From IMG/VR virus record IMGVR_UViG_3300037408_000869, positions 1 through 40,036 of that record: DNA of 40,036 nucleotides. One strand, written 5' to 3'. Under the pieces are notes generated by a model that was given only the letters and a program-made list of their open reading frames with translations, did no database searches and had not been told where the DNA came from. The DNA comes from a virus. Taxonomy: Duplodnaviria; Caudoviricetes. Positions within the stretch are counted from its first letter, which is position 1. Each line of letters opens with the position of its first letter. Shown here piece by piece: positions 10,042 through 19,600 of this stretch. The position numbers and the translations under genes were made by a program.

Positions 10042-10461
10042 ATGGTGAATGATATCGTTGGGGTTGAGTTTATCTCGAAGTCCAGTTCGGCTGGAATCGT
10101 GAACGTAGAGTTGGGTTTCTCACCGGACATTGCCCTCCTTTGGGTCAATCATGGAGGCACGAATCCGAATCTGTACTTCTGGACGAACAACAGCAAGTGG
10201 TCGAACTGGGCGGCTGCGCTGGCCCTCCTGGTTACCGGCTCGACGGGGGTGATCACCCGTGAGACGAGTGGGATGACGGTGTATGCCGGGGGCGACCTGA
10301 TTGCAACGACGGAGAGCGCCGACACGGCTGGCAAGCACGTCGACCTGGCAGGGACTGCAGCTACCGCAGGGCACATCACTGCTGCTGGGTTGGCGATTCC
10401 GGCTGCGCTCCAGGTTGCCAGCGGGCGGAACTTCCTCGTTGCACTTCGTTGCAACCACTGA
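10042..10461 (+). CDS. Putative capsid decoration/cement protein
   Basis: VELGFSPD motif, Ala/Gly/Thr-rich, directly after the capsid gene. Confidence 0.55.
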   Translation: MVNDIVGVEFISKSSSAGIVNVELGFSPDIALLWVNHGGTNPNLYFWTNNSKWSNWAAALALLVTGSTGVITRETSGMTVYAGGDLIATTESADTAGKHVDLAGTAATAGHITAAGLAIPAALQVASGRNFLVALRCNH

Positions 10462-10481
10462 CCTTGCGAGTGGGGCGGTCG

Positions 10482-11132
10482 ATGGCGAAGCGACCGGAGC
10501 TGGAAGTCGAGGATCTCCTTGCCGAGCACGAGCGGCGTGCGAAGGAAGTGCAGCCGCTTCTCGACGACGTGCGGCTCTCGAAGGGGCTCGAGGAAGAGGA
10601 AAGGGAAGAGGCTGCAGCCCGGGCGCTCGAGGAGAGAACTCTCGATTCCCGCACCGCGGCCATGGAGAAAGAGCTCGCCCTCATACGCGAGCAGCTGCAC
10701 GAATCCAACGAGTTCGTCCGCAAGTACGCCGTGCAGGGCATGGATACGACCATGATGGCAGCGGAGATGCTCGCGGAACAGGAACGTCGAGTGAACGGTC
10801 TGCGCTACGAACGCATCAAGGCGCACGGCGGGTATGCCGTCGTCCTGATCCACCAGAACGAGCATGGTGACAATGGTCCCGTCCACATCTGCGTGAACGG
10901 TGACTTCATCAACGTGCCTCGAGGGAAGCCTGTCAGGCTGCACTACAAGTTCCTGGCGGCTCTCGACAATGCGATCGTGGAGCAGCACGCCAAGGAAGTG
11001 GACGGGCAAGGCAACCCGCGCACGATGATCAAGCGGTTCCTGTCCTATCCCTATTCGGTCCTCGACGAGACCGGGGCGCAGATCATTGCCGACCGCCTGG
11101 AAGCAGGGCGGCTTCTGGAGGCTGCTGCATGA
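10482..11132 (+). CDS. Conserved capsid-neighbourhood protein
   Basis: VNG....VPRGKPV...L..L.NA motif of the kind found beside N4-gp56-type capsids; N-terminal coiled coil. Confidence 0.6.
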   Translation: MAKRPELEVEDLLAEHERRAKEVQPLLDDVRLSKGLEEEEREEAAARALEERTLDSRTAAMEKELALIREQLHESNEFVRKYAVQGMDTTMMAAEMLAEQERRVNGLRYERIKAHGGYAVVLIHQNEHGDNGPVHICVNGDFINVPRGKPVRLHYKFLAALDNAIVEQHAKEVDGQGNPRTMIKRFLSYPYSVLDETGAQIIADRLEAGRLLEAAA

Positions 11133-11323
11133 TGCGGGCTCATCGAGAGTTCACCTCTGGTACGCGGTCCGGTGGGAACGTCTCCCTGGACTGTCAGTTC
11201 AATCCAGCGGTGAGCGAGAAGCAACGGCGCTTCATGGGAGCCGAGCTGGCTCGCAAGCGAGCCGGCAAGAACACCGATACTGGCATGACCGAAGAACAAC
11301 TCAGAGAGTTTGCGCGGAGGTAA
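11129..11323 (+). CDS. Small basic phage protein
   Basis: PAVSEKQRRFMGAELARKRAGK...MTEEQLREFA motif. Confidence 0.65.
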   Translation: MMRAHREFTSGTRSGGNVSLDCQFNPAVSEKQRRFMGAELARKRAGKNTDTGMTEEQLREFARR

Positions 11324-11325
11324 CG

Positions 11326-11877
11326 ATGAAGTGGACGAACTTGGCGTTTGGCATACTCGCGACCGTGCTTGTGGTGACGCAAGCACAGGCAGGCGAGATC
11401 TTTTTCAACGCGGCTGCGTTCGAGTCGGTCGAATCCGGTACGGGAGTGTCCTGCGCGAGGGCAGTTTCGTCCTCCGCAACCGCATGGGACCATACCTACG
11501 TCACGGGGGCGTTCGATCCGAATTCAGACGAGGCTTGCATGTTCCACTTCTATTGGCAGTCGGACATGCCAACCACCGGCACGGTTAGCCTCTATCTCGA
11601 CGGGATAAGCGCAAGTGGCACCAACGACGTTGTGATGATCACCGACATTCGTTGTTCCACCAATGCTGCTGCAGCTCTGACGGCAGGCACGCCGGATACC
11701 GACACGCACGCTTCTGTCAGTAATCTGGTCTATGGGGCATACGAATCCACTCCCGGCGTTCCGGCCAGCGTGGCAGCCAATATGTACTGTGCCGTCTCCA
11801 TCCGGCGCGATGCGGATAACGAGGCAGACAACCTTGATGCTGACTTCAAGATTCGCGGCGCGTACATCATCTACTAG
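11326..11877 (+). CDS. Signal-peptide protein with fibre-tip-like beta-sandwich
   Basis: GGAGG RBS, signal peptide ending AQA, AFDPNSDE..F...I.RDA...D...D pattern. Confidence 0.7.
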   Translation: MKWTNLAFGILATVLVVTQAQAGEIFFNAAAFESVESGTGVSCARAVSSSATAWDHTYVTGAFDPNSDEACMFHFYWQSDMPTTGTVSLYLDGISASGTNDVVMITDIRCSTNAAAALTAGTPDTDTHASVSNLVYGAYESTPGVPASVAANMYCAVSIRRDADNEADNLDADFKIRGAYIIY

Positions 11878-11892
11878 CTGATCCTGGGATGA

Positions 11893-13029
11893 ATGGTCCA
11901 ACTGGTTTCGCGTGTATGGGTAGTCCTTGGGCTACTCGTGCTGGCAACTGGAGTTGATGCTCAGACCGCAACTCCTACGTTGACTCCTGCGCTCGAGGGT
12001 CAATACATCGCAGACACGCCCACCTTCACCCCTGTCGGGTCGCCTACAGCGACCATCACAAAGACCCCGACCGTCACTTCTACAGCGACTATCACCAGGA
12101 CGCCCACCGCTACGGTGAGCCCGACGAGCACGCCAACTGCGGTTGAACAGCGATGTCTCCCAGTTCTTTGGTCAAAAGGGACGGAGGCGTTAGAAAACAT
12201 CCCTGGACTCTCCTTCCAGCGGGTGGTCACCCAGTCGTCCAATTCGTTCTTTGCGCTACTGACGGCAGACATCCACAACCATCGGGCAGAAACCGTCCAG
12301 GTCGCACTGAAAATCACCGAGGCGCCCACCGGGATCGTGACGTCTCAGGTGATCGACGTGAATCCGGGGCCGAACCGCGTCATCCAATTGCCCTACAAGT
12401 TTCTCAATCTCAGTCTGGGCTGGCATACCTTTACCGCGAGCGTGAACCAGAGCGCCACGGGTCCACTGACCTACCAGGCGAATACAACCTGCCTGGGCGT
12501 CTGGGACGTCAGCTATGAGACCCAGATCGTCAATCAGCTGCGCGAGATCTATTGGTCCGCGGGGGCGATGCAGTACGATGGAACCTATTGCACGAATCCG
12601 CAGGGGGGCTTGATCGATGGTTACCACCGCAGTTGGTACATCCAGTGTGCCGACAATGCCGGGAGCTACCTGTTTGGCGACATCAAGCTACCGACCGTCT
12701 ATGCCGACACGAACATCACGCTCTCCATCGAGGGGCAGGAGATGTTCGGGAATGTCGGCACGATATCCTTCGACGTCTGGGCGTATTGTGCGGGCGAGAA
12801 TGCCGCGCACGGTCTTCCGTCATTGAGCCCCATTGCTGGAGCTGCGACCGCAACGATCATTGTGCCAGTGCCGACACAGTGGAGTGCGGAGACCGGCGCG
12901 ATCACGCCGACAGGAGACTGCTCGAGCGATCCTCATCTGTACTGGTCGATTCGGGTGAACGAAGCGGAAACGACCATCGATATGAGTTCTCTTGCGATTC
13001 TGGGCGTGCGAGGGAATTGGAACCCATGA
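11893..13029 (+). CDS. Signal-peptide protein with Pro/Thr linker and beta-rich domains
   Basis: Signal peptide ending VDA, TPT tract, C-terminal domain resembling 11326-11877. Confidence 0.75.
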   Translation: MVQLVSRVWVVLGLLVLATGVDAQTATPTLTPALEGQYIADTPTFTPVGSPTATITKTPTVTSTATITRTPTATVSPTSTPTAVEQRCLPVLWSKGTEALENIPGLSFQRVVTQSSNSFFALLTADIHNHRAETVQVALKITEAPTGIVTSQVIDVNPGPNRVIQLPYKFLNLSLGWHTFTASVNQSATGPLTYQANTTCLGVWDVSYETQIVNQLREIYWSAGAMQYDGTYCTNPQGGLIDGYHRSWYIQCADNAGSYLFGDIKLPTVYADTNITLSIEGQEMFGNVGTISFDVWAYCAGENAAHGLPSLSPIAGAATATIIVPVPTQWSAETGAITPTGDCSSDPHLYWSIRVNEAETTIDMSSLAILGVRGNWNP

Positions 13030-13250
13030 AAGCCGTTTTGCTCGCGCTACTCCTGGCCGGTTGTGCTCCGACGGTACGAGTGGAGTTCGCGTCCAACGAG
13101 GATCCGGTGACGATCGTCGAGTGGCGGAAGAAGATCACAGACAGAGTGAACGAACACGAGTCACGAATCGAAACACTGGAGGTCTTGCATGGCAGATCCA
13201 ATCCAACCCCCGCAGCCAAGTCCCGTGACCCCGGGGATCAAAACAAGTGA
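13026..13250 (+). CDS. Small lipoprotein, possibly a spanin component
   Basis: MKAVLLALLLAGC lipobox and coiled coil; overlaps the holin-like gene. Confidence 0.6.
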   Translation: MKAVLLALLLAGCAPTVRVEFASNEDPVTIVEWRKKITDRVNEHESRIETLEVLHGRSNPTPAAKSRDPGDQNK

Positions 13251-13389
13251 GTTCTGGATCACCGTTCTCGGGTCGGTGCTATCCCTGTTCGGTCAGTATC
13301 AGGGAGCAATCCCTGAGCCCTGGGGCACCGTGACGGCGACTGTCTTGGCAGCGATCTATACGATTGCCCGCACCATCTTGAAGAAGTAG
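13189..13389 (+). CDS. Holin-like two-TM protein
   Basis: GIKTSEFW motif, two hydrophobic helices, basic C-terminus. Confidence 0.65.
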   Translation: MADPIQPPQPSPVTPGIKTSEFWITVLGSVLSLFGQYQGAIPEPWGTVTATVLAAIYTIARTILKK

Positions 13390-13422
13390 TGCGTCTTCCG
13401 CTGGCGCGTGGAAGACTATGCA

Positions 13423-15840
13423 ATGACACGGCTAGCGGCACTCCTCGTTGCGTGCGCTCTTTCGCTGTTCGTCGTCGTCCCGGCACCGGGGTTCGGTGCT
13501 GACACTGGCTGGCTCAATGCGGACAGTTTCGATGAATGGGAAGCGAACGATGACCCCAGTGACTACTGTGCGCAATCAAGTACATGGGCCAATCCTGGCT
13601 ACGCAAGTACTTCTGACAACAACTACGCAATAGCTGCAATTATCACAAGCGGATACACCGATTGCCTATATGCCATCGACTTTGACGCCAGCATTGCGGA
13701 GGGCAAGGTCATTACCGGAGTTGCCGTACAGATCGAGAAGAAAGCTTCTGCCGGTAATAACAGCGACAAGGCGGTAGCCTTAGTATATGACGGTGACTAC
13801 ATAGGCAACAACAAGGCAGCAGGTGAATGGCCGACGTCCGATGGAGATGTCGACTACGGTGGAGCGACCGACACTTGGGGGATTGCGCTCACACGCGCAA
13901 TGGTCATTTCTTCCAGTTTCGGGGTTCTGATTAGTGCCAATGCTACCGCAACGAAGACGTTCTATGTTGATCACATCCAGATCAAGATCTACTACGATGA
14001 CCCGCCAACGAACACGCCGACGCGCACGCCGACCTCGACCCCGACGAGCACTCCAACGGCAACGCCAACGAACACGCCGACGAACACTCCGACGCAGACC
14101 CTCACGGCAACGCCGACGAACACGCCGACCAGCACACCGACGTTGACTCCTGCCGTGCCGGCTCAATACCGTGATAACACGAACACCCCGGCAACCCCAT
14201 CCGCCACTCCAACTCCGACGCCAGCAAACGGCTGTTGTGTATGCGTGGATCCTGACGAGTGCATCGATGACGTGGCGTGGATAGAGTGCGGCACCCAGCC
14301 TGGACAAGAATGTACAAACAGCTCGCAGGCTGTGTTTTCCTCCGGAGGCACTTGCGAAAGTGGCTGTAATGGGGAATGGCCAACGGCAACGCCGACCGAC
14401 ACGCCAACCGACACGCCGACCAGCACCCCGACCTCGACCCCGACGAACACGCCGACGTCGACGCCAACCGACACGCCGACCAGCACCCCGACCTCGACCC
14501 CGACAAACACTCCGACGGCAACGATTACGCCAGCAGTCCCGCCACAGATCCTCGAGAACACGCCGACGGCAACTCCAACCGATACTCCAACAGACACGCC
14601 GACGGCGACCCCGACAAACACTCCGACATCCACGCCGACGAACACTCCGACCAGCACGTCGACGGATACCCCGACGAACACGCCGACCAGCACGCCGACG
14701 GATACCCCAACGAACACCCCGACTTCGACTCCGACGGCAACGATTACTCCAGCTGTACCACCGCAGCCTGTACCAAACACGCCAACGGCAACGCCGACCG
14801 ATACACCGACAGACACCCCGACAGACACGCCGACGGCAACCGCAACCAATACCCCGACCAGCACGCCGACGGATACGCCGACCGCAACGCCGACGTCGAC
14901 CCCGACGGCAACTCCGACGAACAACCCAACGCAGACTCCGACGGCAACGATTACCCCGGCAGTGCCGCCGCAGGTCCTCGAGAACACTCCGACCGATACA
15001 CCGACAGAGACCCCGACAGACACGCCGACGGATACGCCAACCTCGACCCCGACCTCGACCCCGACCGATACTCCGACGGCAACTCTGACGCCAGCTATCC
15101 CGCCGCAGGTCCTCGAGAACACTCCGACGGAGACTCCGACGCAGACCCCGACGGAGACCGACGTCATACCGCCCACCAAACCCCCGACTACAGTTGTATG
15201 GCCAAGTCATACCCCGACAAGCACGCCAACCACGACCAGCACGCAGACTCCGACGAATACGATTACCCCAGCTATCCCGCCGCAGGTCCTCGAGAACACT
15301 CCAACGTCGACTCTAACGGCGACGGAAACCAGCACTCCGACCGCAACTCTGACCCCGGCTGTACCAGTGCAGGTCGTCGCGAGTACCCCGACCTTGACGA
15401 ACACTTCGACGCCAGCGAACACGCCGACTCCGGCAGTTCCCCCACAGTTCGTCGAGAACACTTCAACGCCGGCTCCGACGTCGACCGCAACTCCGACCCT
15501 AACGCCGGTTCTTCCGCCACAGTTCCTTCCCAACACCCCAACGCAGACTCCCACCGACACGCCGACTTTGACGCCGGCTGTACCACCGCAACCTGTGCCC
15601 AATACCGCTACGGCAACCCCGACCCTGACGCCTTTTCTGCCGCCCCAGTTCCTTCCTAACACCCCAACCCCGAGCGCGACGGCAACGATTACCCCTGGAA
15701 TTCCTCCACAGGTCGTCGAGAACACAGTTACCAGCACTCCGACAGCGACCCTGACCGTGACCTCTACCACAACGGCGACCCCCACCGTTACGCCAACGAG
15801 GACCGCGTGGCGCCCACGCGCCTTACCGTGGATTTTCTAG
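13423..15840 (+). CDS. Large secreted mucin-like Pro/Thr-repeat protein with N-terminal beta-sandwich and Cys-rich module
   Basis: Signal peptide, YGGATDTWG domain, GCCVC module, about 550 aa of PT repeats. Confidence 0.85.
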   Translation: MTRLAALLVACALSLFVVVPAPGFGADTGWLNADSFDEWEANDDPSDYCAQSSTWANPGYASTSDNNYAIAAIITSGYTDCLYAIDFDASIAEGKVITGVAVQIEKKASAGNNSDKAVALVYDGDYIGNNKAAGEWPTSDGDVDYGGATDTWGIALTRAMVISSSFGVLISANATATKTFYVDHIQIKIYYDDPPTNTPTRTPTSTPTSTPTATPTNTPTNTPTQTLTATPTNTPTSTPTLTPAVPAQYRDNTNTPATPSATPTPTPANGCCVCVDPDECIDDVAWIECGTQPGQECTNSSQAVFSSGGTCESGCNGEWPTATPTDTPTDTPTSTPTSTPTNTPTSTPTDTPTSTPTSTPTNTPTATITPAVPPQILENTPTATPTDTPTDTPTATPTNTPTSTPTNTPTSTSTDTPTNTPTSTPTDTPTNTPTSTPTATITPAVPPQPVPNTPTATPTDTPTDTPTDTPTATATNTPTSTPTDTPTATPTSTPTATPTNNPTQTPTATITPAVPPQVLENTPTDTPTETPTDTPTDTPTSTPTSTPTDTPTATLTPAIPPQVLENTPTETPTQTPTETDVIPPTKPPTTVVWPSHTPTSTPTTTSTQTPTNTITPAIPPQVLENTPTSTLTATETSTPTATLTPAVPVQVVASTPTLTNTSTPANTPTPAVPPQFVENTSTPAPTSTATPTLTPVLPPQFLPNTPTQTPTDTPTLTPAVPPQPVPNTATATPTLTPFLPPQFLPNTPTPSATATITPGIPPQVVENTVTSTPTATLTVTSTTTATPTVTPTRTAWRPRALPWIF
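14002..15800 (+). repeat. Degenerate 12-bp coding repeats (TPTx) with a higher-order TPAVPPQxxxNT unit
   Basis: Directly visible; 12 copies of the higher-order unit counted in the translation. Confidence 0.9.
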
Positions 15841-15847
15841 GTGCATC

Positions 15848-16105
15848 ATGGATGGATGGGCGCCGCTACTGGCATTTCTTCAGCTGGGTGTACTCGTGGC
15901 AATCGTGGGATCAGTGCTTGCCGCAGGCAAGTGGATTGGCCGAGCCACAGAGCGGATGGAGGCCTTTGCAAAACAGCTGGGTCGCATCGCGGATCAAATG
16001 ACAATCCAAAATGGGCGCCTCAAGAAGGCAGAAGAGCAAATCATCCGCATTGACCAGAAGTGCAGCGACAATGTGTGCAGGTACAGAAAAGATGACAAGG
16101 ACTGA
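15848..16105 (+). CDS. Single-TM coiled-coil protein, possibly lysis-associated
   Basis: N-terminal hydrophobic helix, overlaps the endolysin start. Confidence 0.6.
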   Translation: MDGWAPLLAFLQLGVLVAIVGSVLAAGKWIGRATERMEAFAKQLGRIADQMTIQNGRLKKAEEQIIRIDQKCSDNVCRYRKDDKD

Positions 16106-16469
16106 GGCACGATGGTACTTCTTGACGTGCCTACATCGGTTGATCCACAAAGCACGGGTGAATGGGACTCCGTTCATCGTGACGTGCTTCTATCGTAGTG
16201 CGCAGGAGCAGGCGACGATGCTTGCGCAAGGCAAGTCGAAAGTGTCACGCAGCCAGCACCAGGACTGGCTTGCGGTGGATATCGTCCTCGTGGACCATGC
16301 TGGCAATGCGCTGTGGGACCATGCTCGAGGGGATGCCTACGAGCAGCTCGGACTATTCTGGGAAAGTCTATCCCCCTCCCTGCGGTGGGGGGGAACCTTT
16401 GGGCGCACAGACGAGCAGGTCGGTTGGGATCCGTACCACTTTGAACTGTCGAAAGAGGTCTTGCGATGA
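16092..16469 (+). CDS. Endolysin, peptidase M15 (L-Ala-D-Glu peptidase type)
   Basis: YRS..EQ, S.H...LAVD, WGG.F and D.YHFEL motifs. Confidence 0.9.
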   Translation: MTRTEARWYFLTCLHRLIHKARVNGTPFIVTCFYRSAQEQATMLAQGKSKVSRSQHQDWLAVDIVLVDHAGNALWDHARGDAYEQLGLFWESLSPSLRWGGTFGRTDEQVGWDPYHFELSKEVLR

Positions 16470-17143
16470 ATAGATCCGCAATTGTGGCTGCGGCAGCTCG
16501 ACGTCTTGGAGAAGAGTCGGCTGCGTTCCTTGCTATCGTGGATGCAGAGTTCCCATTCGTGATTCACGACCTAGCTGCTCATCAAGCATTGGGACTCCTA
16601 ACCGGGAAGGCGACTTGCACCTGGACTGCGTCAACGCGTTCCTACGACGTACACTCACTCCTCGGTCTCATCGACCTCGGGTTGACGCAAAACGAGGTCT
16701 GGGACATCGAGTCGGTCGTCGTGTATGCGTGGGGTCCGACACAGGGGATCATCTCGAGGGCGAATACCGAGAGAGAATTCATGCAGCAACGCCTCACTGA
16801 TGGGGATACGACGGAAGGGCGACCGACTCTCTGGAGATTCTACCCGACGCGTTCCACTATCGAGTTCCATCCCATTCCGGATGCGGAAGCTGCTTCCGCC
16901 TCTGTGGAGATTACCTACATCGCAGAGCCTACCATCCCGCTCGGTCCCTATGAGGTCTCCCAGGTCCGCACCGAGGACCAGGAGGTCGTTGTCTGGGGGC
17001 TCATGGCTCGCTTGGCGCCTTTCAAGGAGGACTATGCCAACGATGCCGACAAGTGGTGGCAGCTCTACTTAGCCGGCATCGAGCGCATGAAGGCTAACCG
17101 CTTCAACTCGTGCCCGGGGCGCATCGAACCGATGGATTTGTGA
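16466..17143 (+). CDS. Head-tail adaptor / tail tubular protein A-like
   Basis: GRP......IEFHPIPD......ITY pattern; position before the nozzle gene. Confidence 0.7.
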   Translation: MNRSAIVAAAARRLGEESAAFLAIVDAEFPFVIHDLAAHQALGLLTGKATCTWTASTRSYDVHSLLGLIDLGLTQNEVWDIESVVVYAWGPTQGIISRANTEREFMQQRLTDGDTTEGRPTLWRFYPTRSTIEFHPIPDAEAASASVEITYIAEPTIPLGPYEVSQVRTEDQEVVVWGLMARLAPFKEDYANDADKWWQLYLAGIERMKANRFNSCPGRIEPMDL

Positions 17144-17144
17144 A

Positions 17145-19175
17145 ATGCCCTCACTCAAGTTCAATGACTTCTCCTCAGGTCTGTGGATTCCGGCAGATGG
17201 TGATTCTGTCGATCCGCAGCCAGGATTCGCCGTTCCGGAGAATGCACTCCTTGTGGCAGACAATGTCGAGTATCTTTCCTCTGGTGGAGTACGTGGCAGA
17301 CGTGGACGTACACTGCGGACCGCATCGGCAATCCCCAATGCTGATGAGGTGGTTGGATTGTGGAGGCATTACGGTAGACGCGGGCAACTGAGTTCCGTCA
17401 AGTCTCCAAGAATTGCAACCACTGATGGATCGTATGGAGTCGTGGATTGGGCGAACGAAGTGCAGACGCTGGCGGAGGATGGAGTACCCGCCACGGTAAC
17501 GCTTCCAGTAGATAGTCAGCTGTCGTACTACTTGCGTTGGCGATCGTTCGGCTTTGCTGTTCCCGCGGACGCTACGATCACCGGGATCCAGGTCCAAGTG
17601 AGGCGTTGCCAGGAGGGGAATGCCAGCAGTGGTGCCGTGCGGGACGTGAGACTGAAGTTGAGCAAGACGGCAGGGGTCTTGGTGGGCGACAACAAGGCCT
17701 CCCTTTTCAGCAATTGGCCAATCGACGATTACCAGTGGGCGACCTACGGGGGAGCGACCGATCTATGGGGGACCACCTGGACCCCGGCAGAAATCAACGC
17801 TGGAGCATTCGCAGTGTACTTCTCCGTCGGCAGTACGCACGGTGACGAAGTGGCACAGGTGGATTGCGCACGGGTGACGGTCTTCTACACGACCGCAGAG
17901 GATTACCGGCATTTTCTCGCTGCCGTTACGCGCAGCACGTTCCTCGAGGTCTGGAGGGAGAACCCAGTTGCCGCGGGTAGCTTCACGAAGTTGGTGCAGA
18001 CGAAATATGCCGGGTATCATCCTCGCTTCGTCTATTGGCCTGCCCGCAACATGACCTTCATCTTCTGTGGTGGGTCCACTCTCTACAGCTACAATGGGGT
18101 GGTGCTGGAGGATGTATTGGGAGAGGTAGTCGCAGACGTCACCATGACGCCGCGCACAGGACCCCACGCGACTCTGTACAAGGATCGACTGTATGCAACC
18201 GATCCGAACGAGTTGAACTACTCGATTTACGCGTGCGACATCCTCGACGAAACGATCTGGAGGCCAGAGGCGCATCTGAACGTGTCCGACCCGCAGGGGG
18301 GGAGGATCACCGGGTTGGAGGCCTGGGGCGACTCTCTCTGGATCTTCAAGGAGACGTCTATTTGGAGATGGACGGGGGATGTTTCTCTCGAGCTCGGGAT
18401 CGGGTCATTGGTGCAAGTTTCCGATCGTGGGTGCATCGCGCCGGCAACGATCCAGATTACACCATGGGGGATTATCTACCTGGCATCAGATGGTCTGTAT
18501 GCCGTCACATTGGACGGTGACGTCGCCTTGTCTGCTCCGATCCGACCGCTGTTCGCGAGCCGCACGACGCAATCGATCTACACCTCGGCAATCGGCGTGT
18601 ACCATGAACGTCGAGAGGCGTATTACCTCAAGCTCAACCCGACGGCAGACGAGTGTTACGTGCTGCACCGGGTGCGGATGCCGACCACCGAAGGGGAGGC
18701 AATCTCGCTGGCCTGGTCGCGCATTCCCGTACTGCCGGTCAATGCGGGTTGCACATGGCCAGGGGAGCAAGACAAGGGAGAGGTGTTCTTTGGCGACCGG
18801 GACGGTAAGATCTGGGAAGCGGACGTCGGATCACAAGATGTGGGGGATCCGATTGCGACCGTGATTCAGACCCCCTTTCGAGCACTCTCGACTGAGAGAG
18901 TGCTGGGACGCGCCTATGAAATCGAGGCGATTTACCGGGGCACGAAGGCACTGTCTGGAGATCTCCGGTATGACCAGTCGGTCGGCTCCCAGGTGGAGGT
19001 TGCGTTGGGCGCGGCAGTCGTTGCCCCTGCCTTTCAGTACCCACTTCAAACGATCGTGAATCAGGTTCAGCTCGGTCGGACTGTGTCGGTGAAGTTGGAG
19101 AACAGTGCCGACGGTCCGGAGTATGAGCTGCACGAGATCAACTTGTCGTTGCACCTCAGGAGCCGGCGCCGATGA
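17145..19175 (+). CDS. Tail nozzle / stabilisation protein (P22 gp10 or tubular B-like) with an inserted beta-sandwich domain
   Basis: FNDFSSGL start, ITGL..WGD.LWIFKE, RGCIAP.TI....GIIYLA.DG.Y propeller-type motifs. Confidence 0.8.
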   Translation: MPSLKFNDFSSGLWIPADGDSVDPQPGFAVPENALLVADNVEYLSSGGVRGRRGRTLRTASAIPNADEVVGLWRHYGRRGQLSSVKSPRIATTDGSYGVVDWANEVQTLAEDGVPATVTLPVDSQLSYYLRWRSFGFAVPADATITGIQVQVRRCQEGNASSGAVRDVRLKLSKTAGVLVGDNKASLFSNWPIDDYQWATYGGATDLWGTTWTPAEINAGAFAVYFSVGSTHGDEVAQVDCARVTVFYTTAEDYRHFLAAVTRSTFLEVWRENPVAAGSFTKLVQTKYAGYHPRFVYWPARNMTFIFCGGSTLYSYNGVVLEDVLGEVVADVTMTPRTGPHATLYKDRLYATDPNELNYSIYACDILDETIWRPEAHLNVSDPQGGRITGLEAWGDSLWIFKETSIWRWTGDVSLELGIGSLVQVSDRGCIAPATIQITPWGIIYLASDGLYAVTLDGDVALSAPIRPLFASRTTQSIYTSAIGVYHERREAYYLKLNPTADECYVLHRVRMPTTEGEAISLAWSRIPVLPVNAGCTWPGEQDKGEVFFGDRDGKIWEADVGSQDVGDPIATVIQTPFRALSTERVLGRAYEIEAIYRGTKALSGDLRYDQSVGSQVEVALGAAVVAPAFQYPLQTIVNQVQLGRTVSVKLENSADGPEYELHEINLSLHLRSRRR

Positions 19176-19579
19176 AGCTCTCATCCGTTCCCCCGTTGCC
19201 AGCTGGATTGGGTCAGCTTGTCTTGTACCTCAATCGTCGTGATCGAGGGGCACCGACCGTCCTTCCCCAACCCAGTGCTATCACCTCGACCCCAACCGGG
19301 TTGGGCACCGACTGGGATCTCCTCGAGTGGGATTACGGGACCCCGAACGCCCTGCAGGGAGACCTAGGTGCGGATGCGTTTGTCATCTGGTGGGAGGACG
19401 TTGACACGACAGACCCCCGGCACTGCGTTGCACTGCTGCCAGTGTCGGCACGGTCCTGGGGGCACTTCGTCCCAGGCACGTACACGAGGAGCTATGCCAT
19501 CTCCGCGGTGCGGTTCTGCGCGTCTGCCGCAGAGGAGTCGACAAAACAGCAGGTATCGGCGTGGCGTGGCGTGACTTGA
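19172..19579 (+). CDS. Hypothetical tail-associated protein
   Basis: ATGA overlap, position after the nozzle gene. Confidence 0.6.
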   Translation: MKLSSVPPLPAGLGQLVLYLNRRDRGAPTVLPQPSAITSTPTGLGTDWDLLEWDYGTPNALQGDLGADAFVIWWEDVDTTDPRHCVALLPVSARSWGHFVPGTYTRSYAISAVRFCASAAEESTKQQVSAWRGVT

Positions 19580-19600
19580 TGTGATAGAACGAGGTTTGAA

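Noticed and set aside
14002-15800. Possible CRISPR array or DGR template/variable repeat pair
   Set aside because: Repeats are in-frame, degenerate and lack unique spacers; no reverse transcriptase or adenine-specific variation seen
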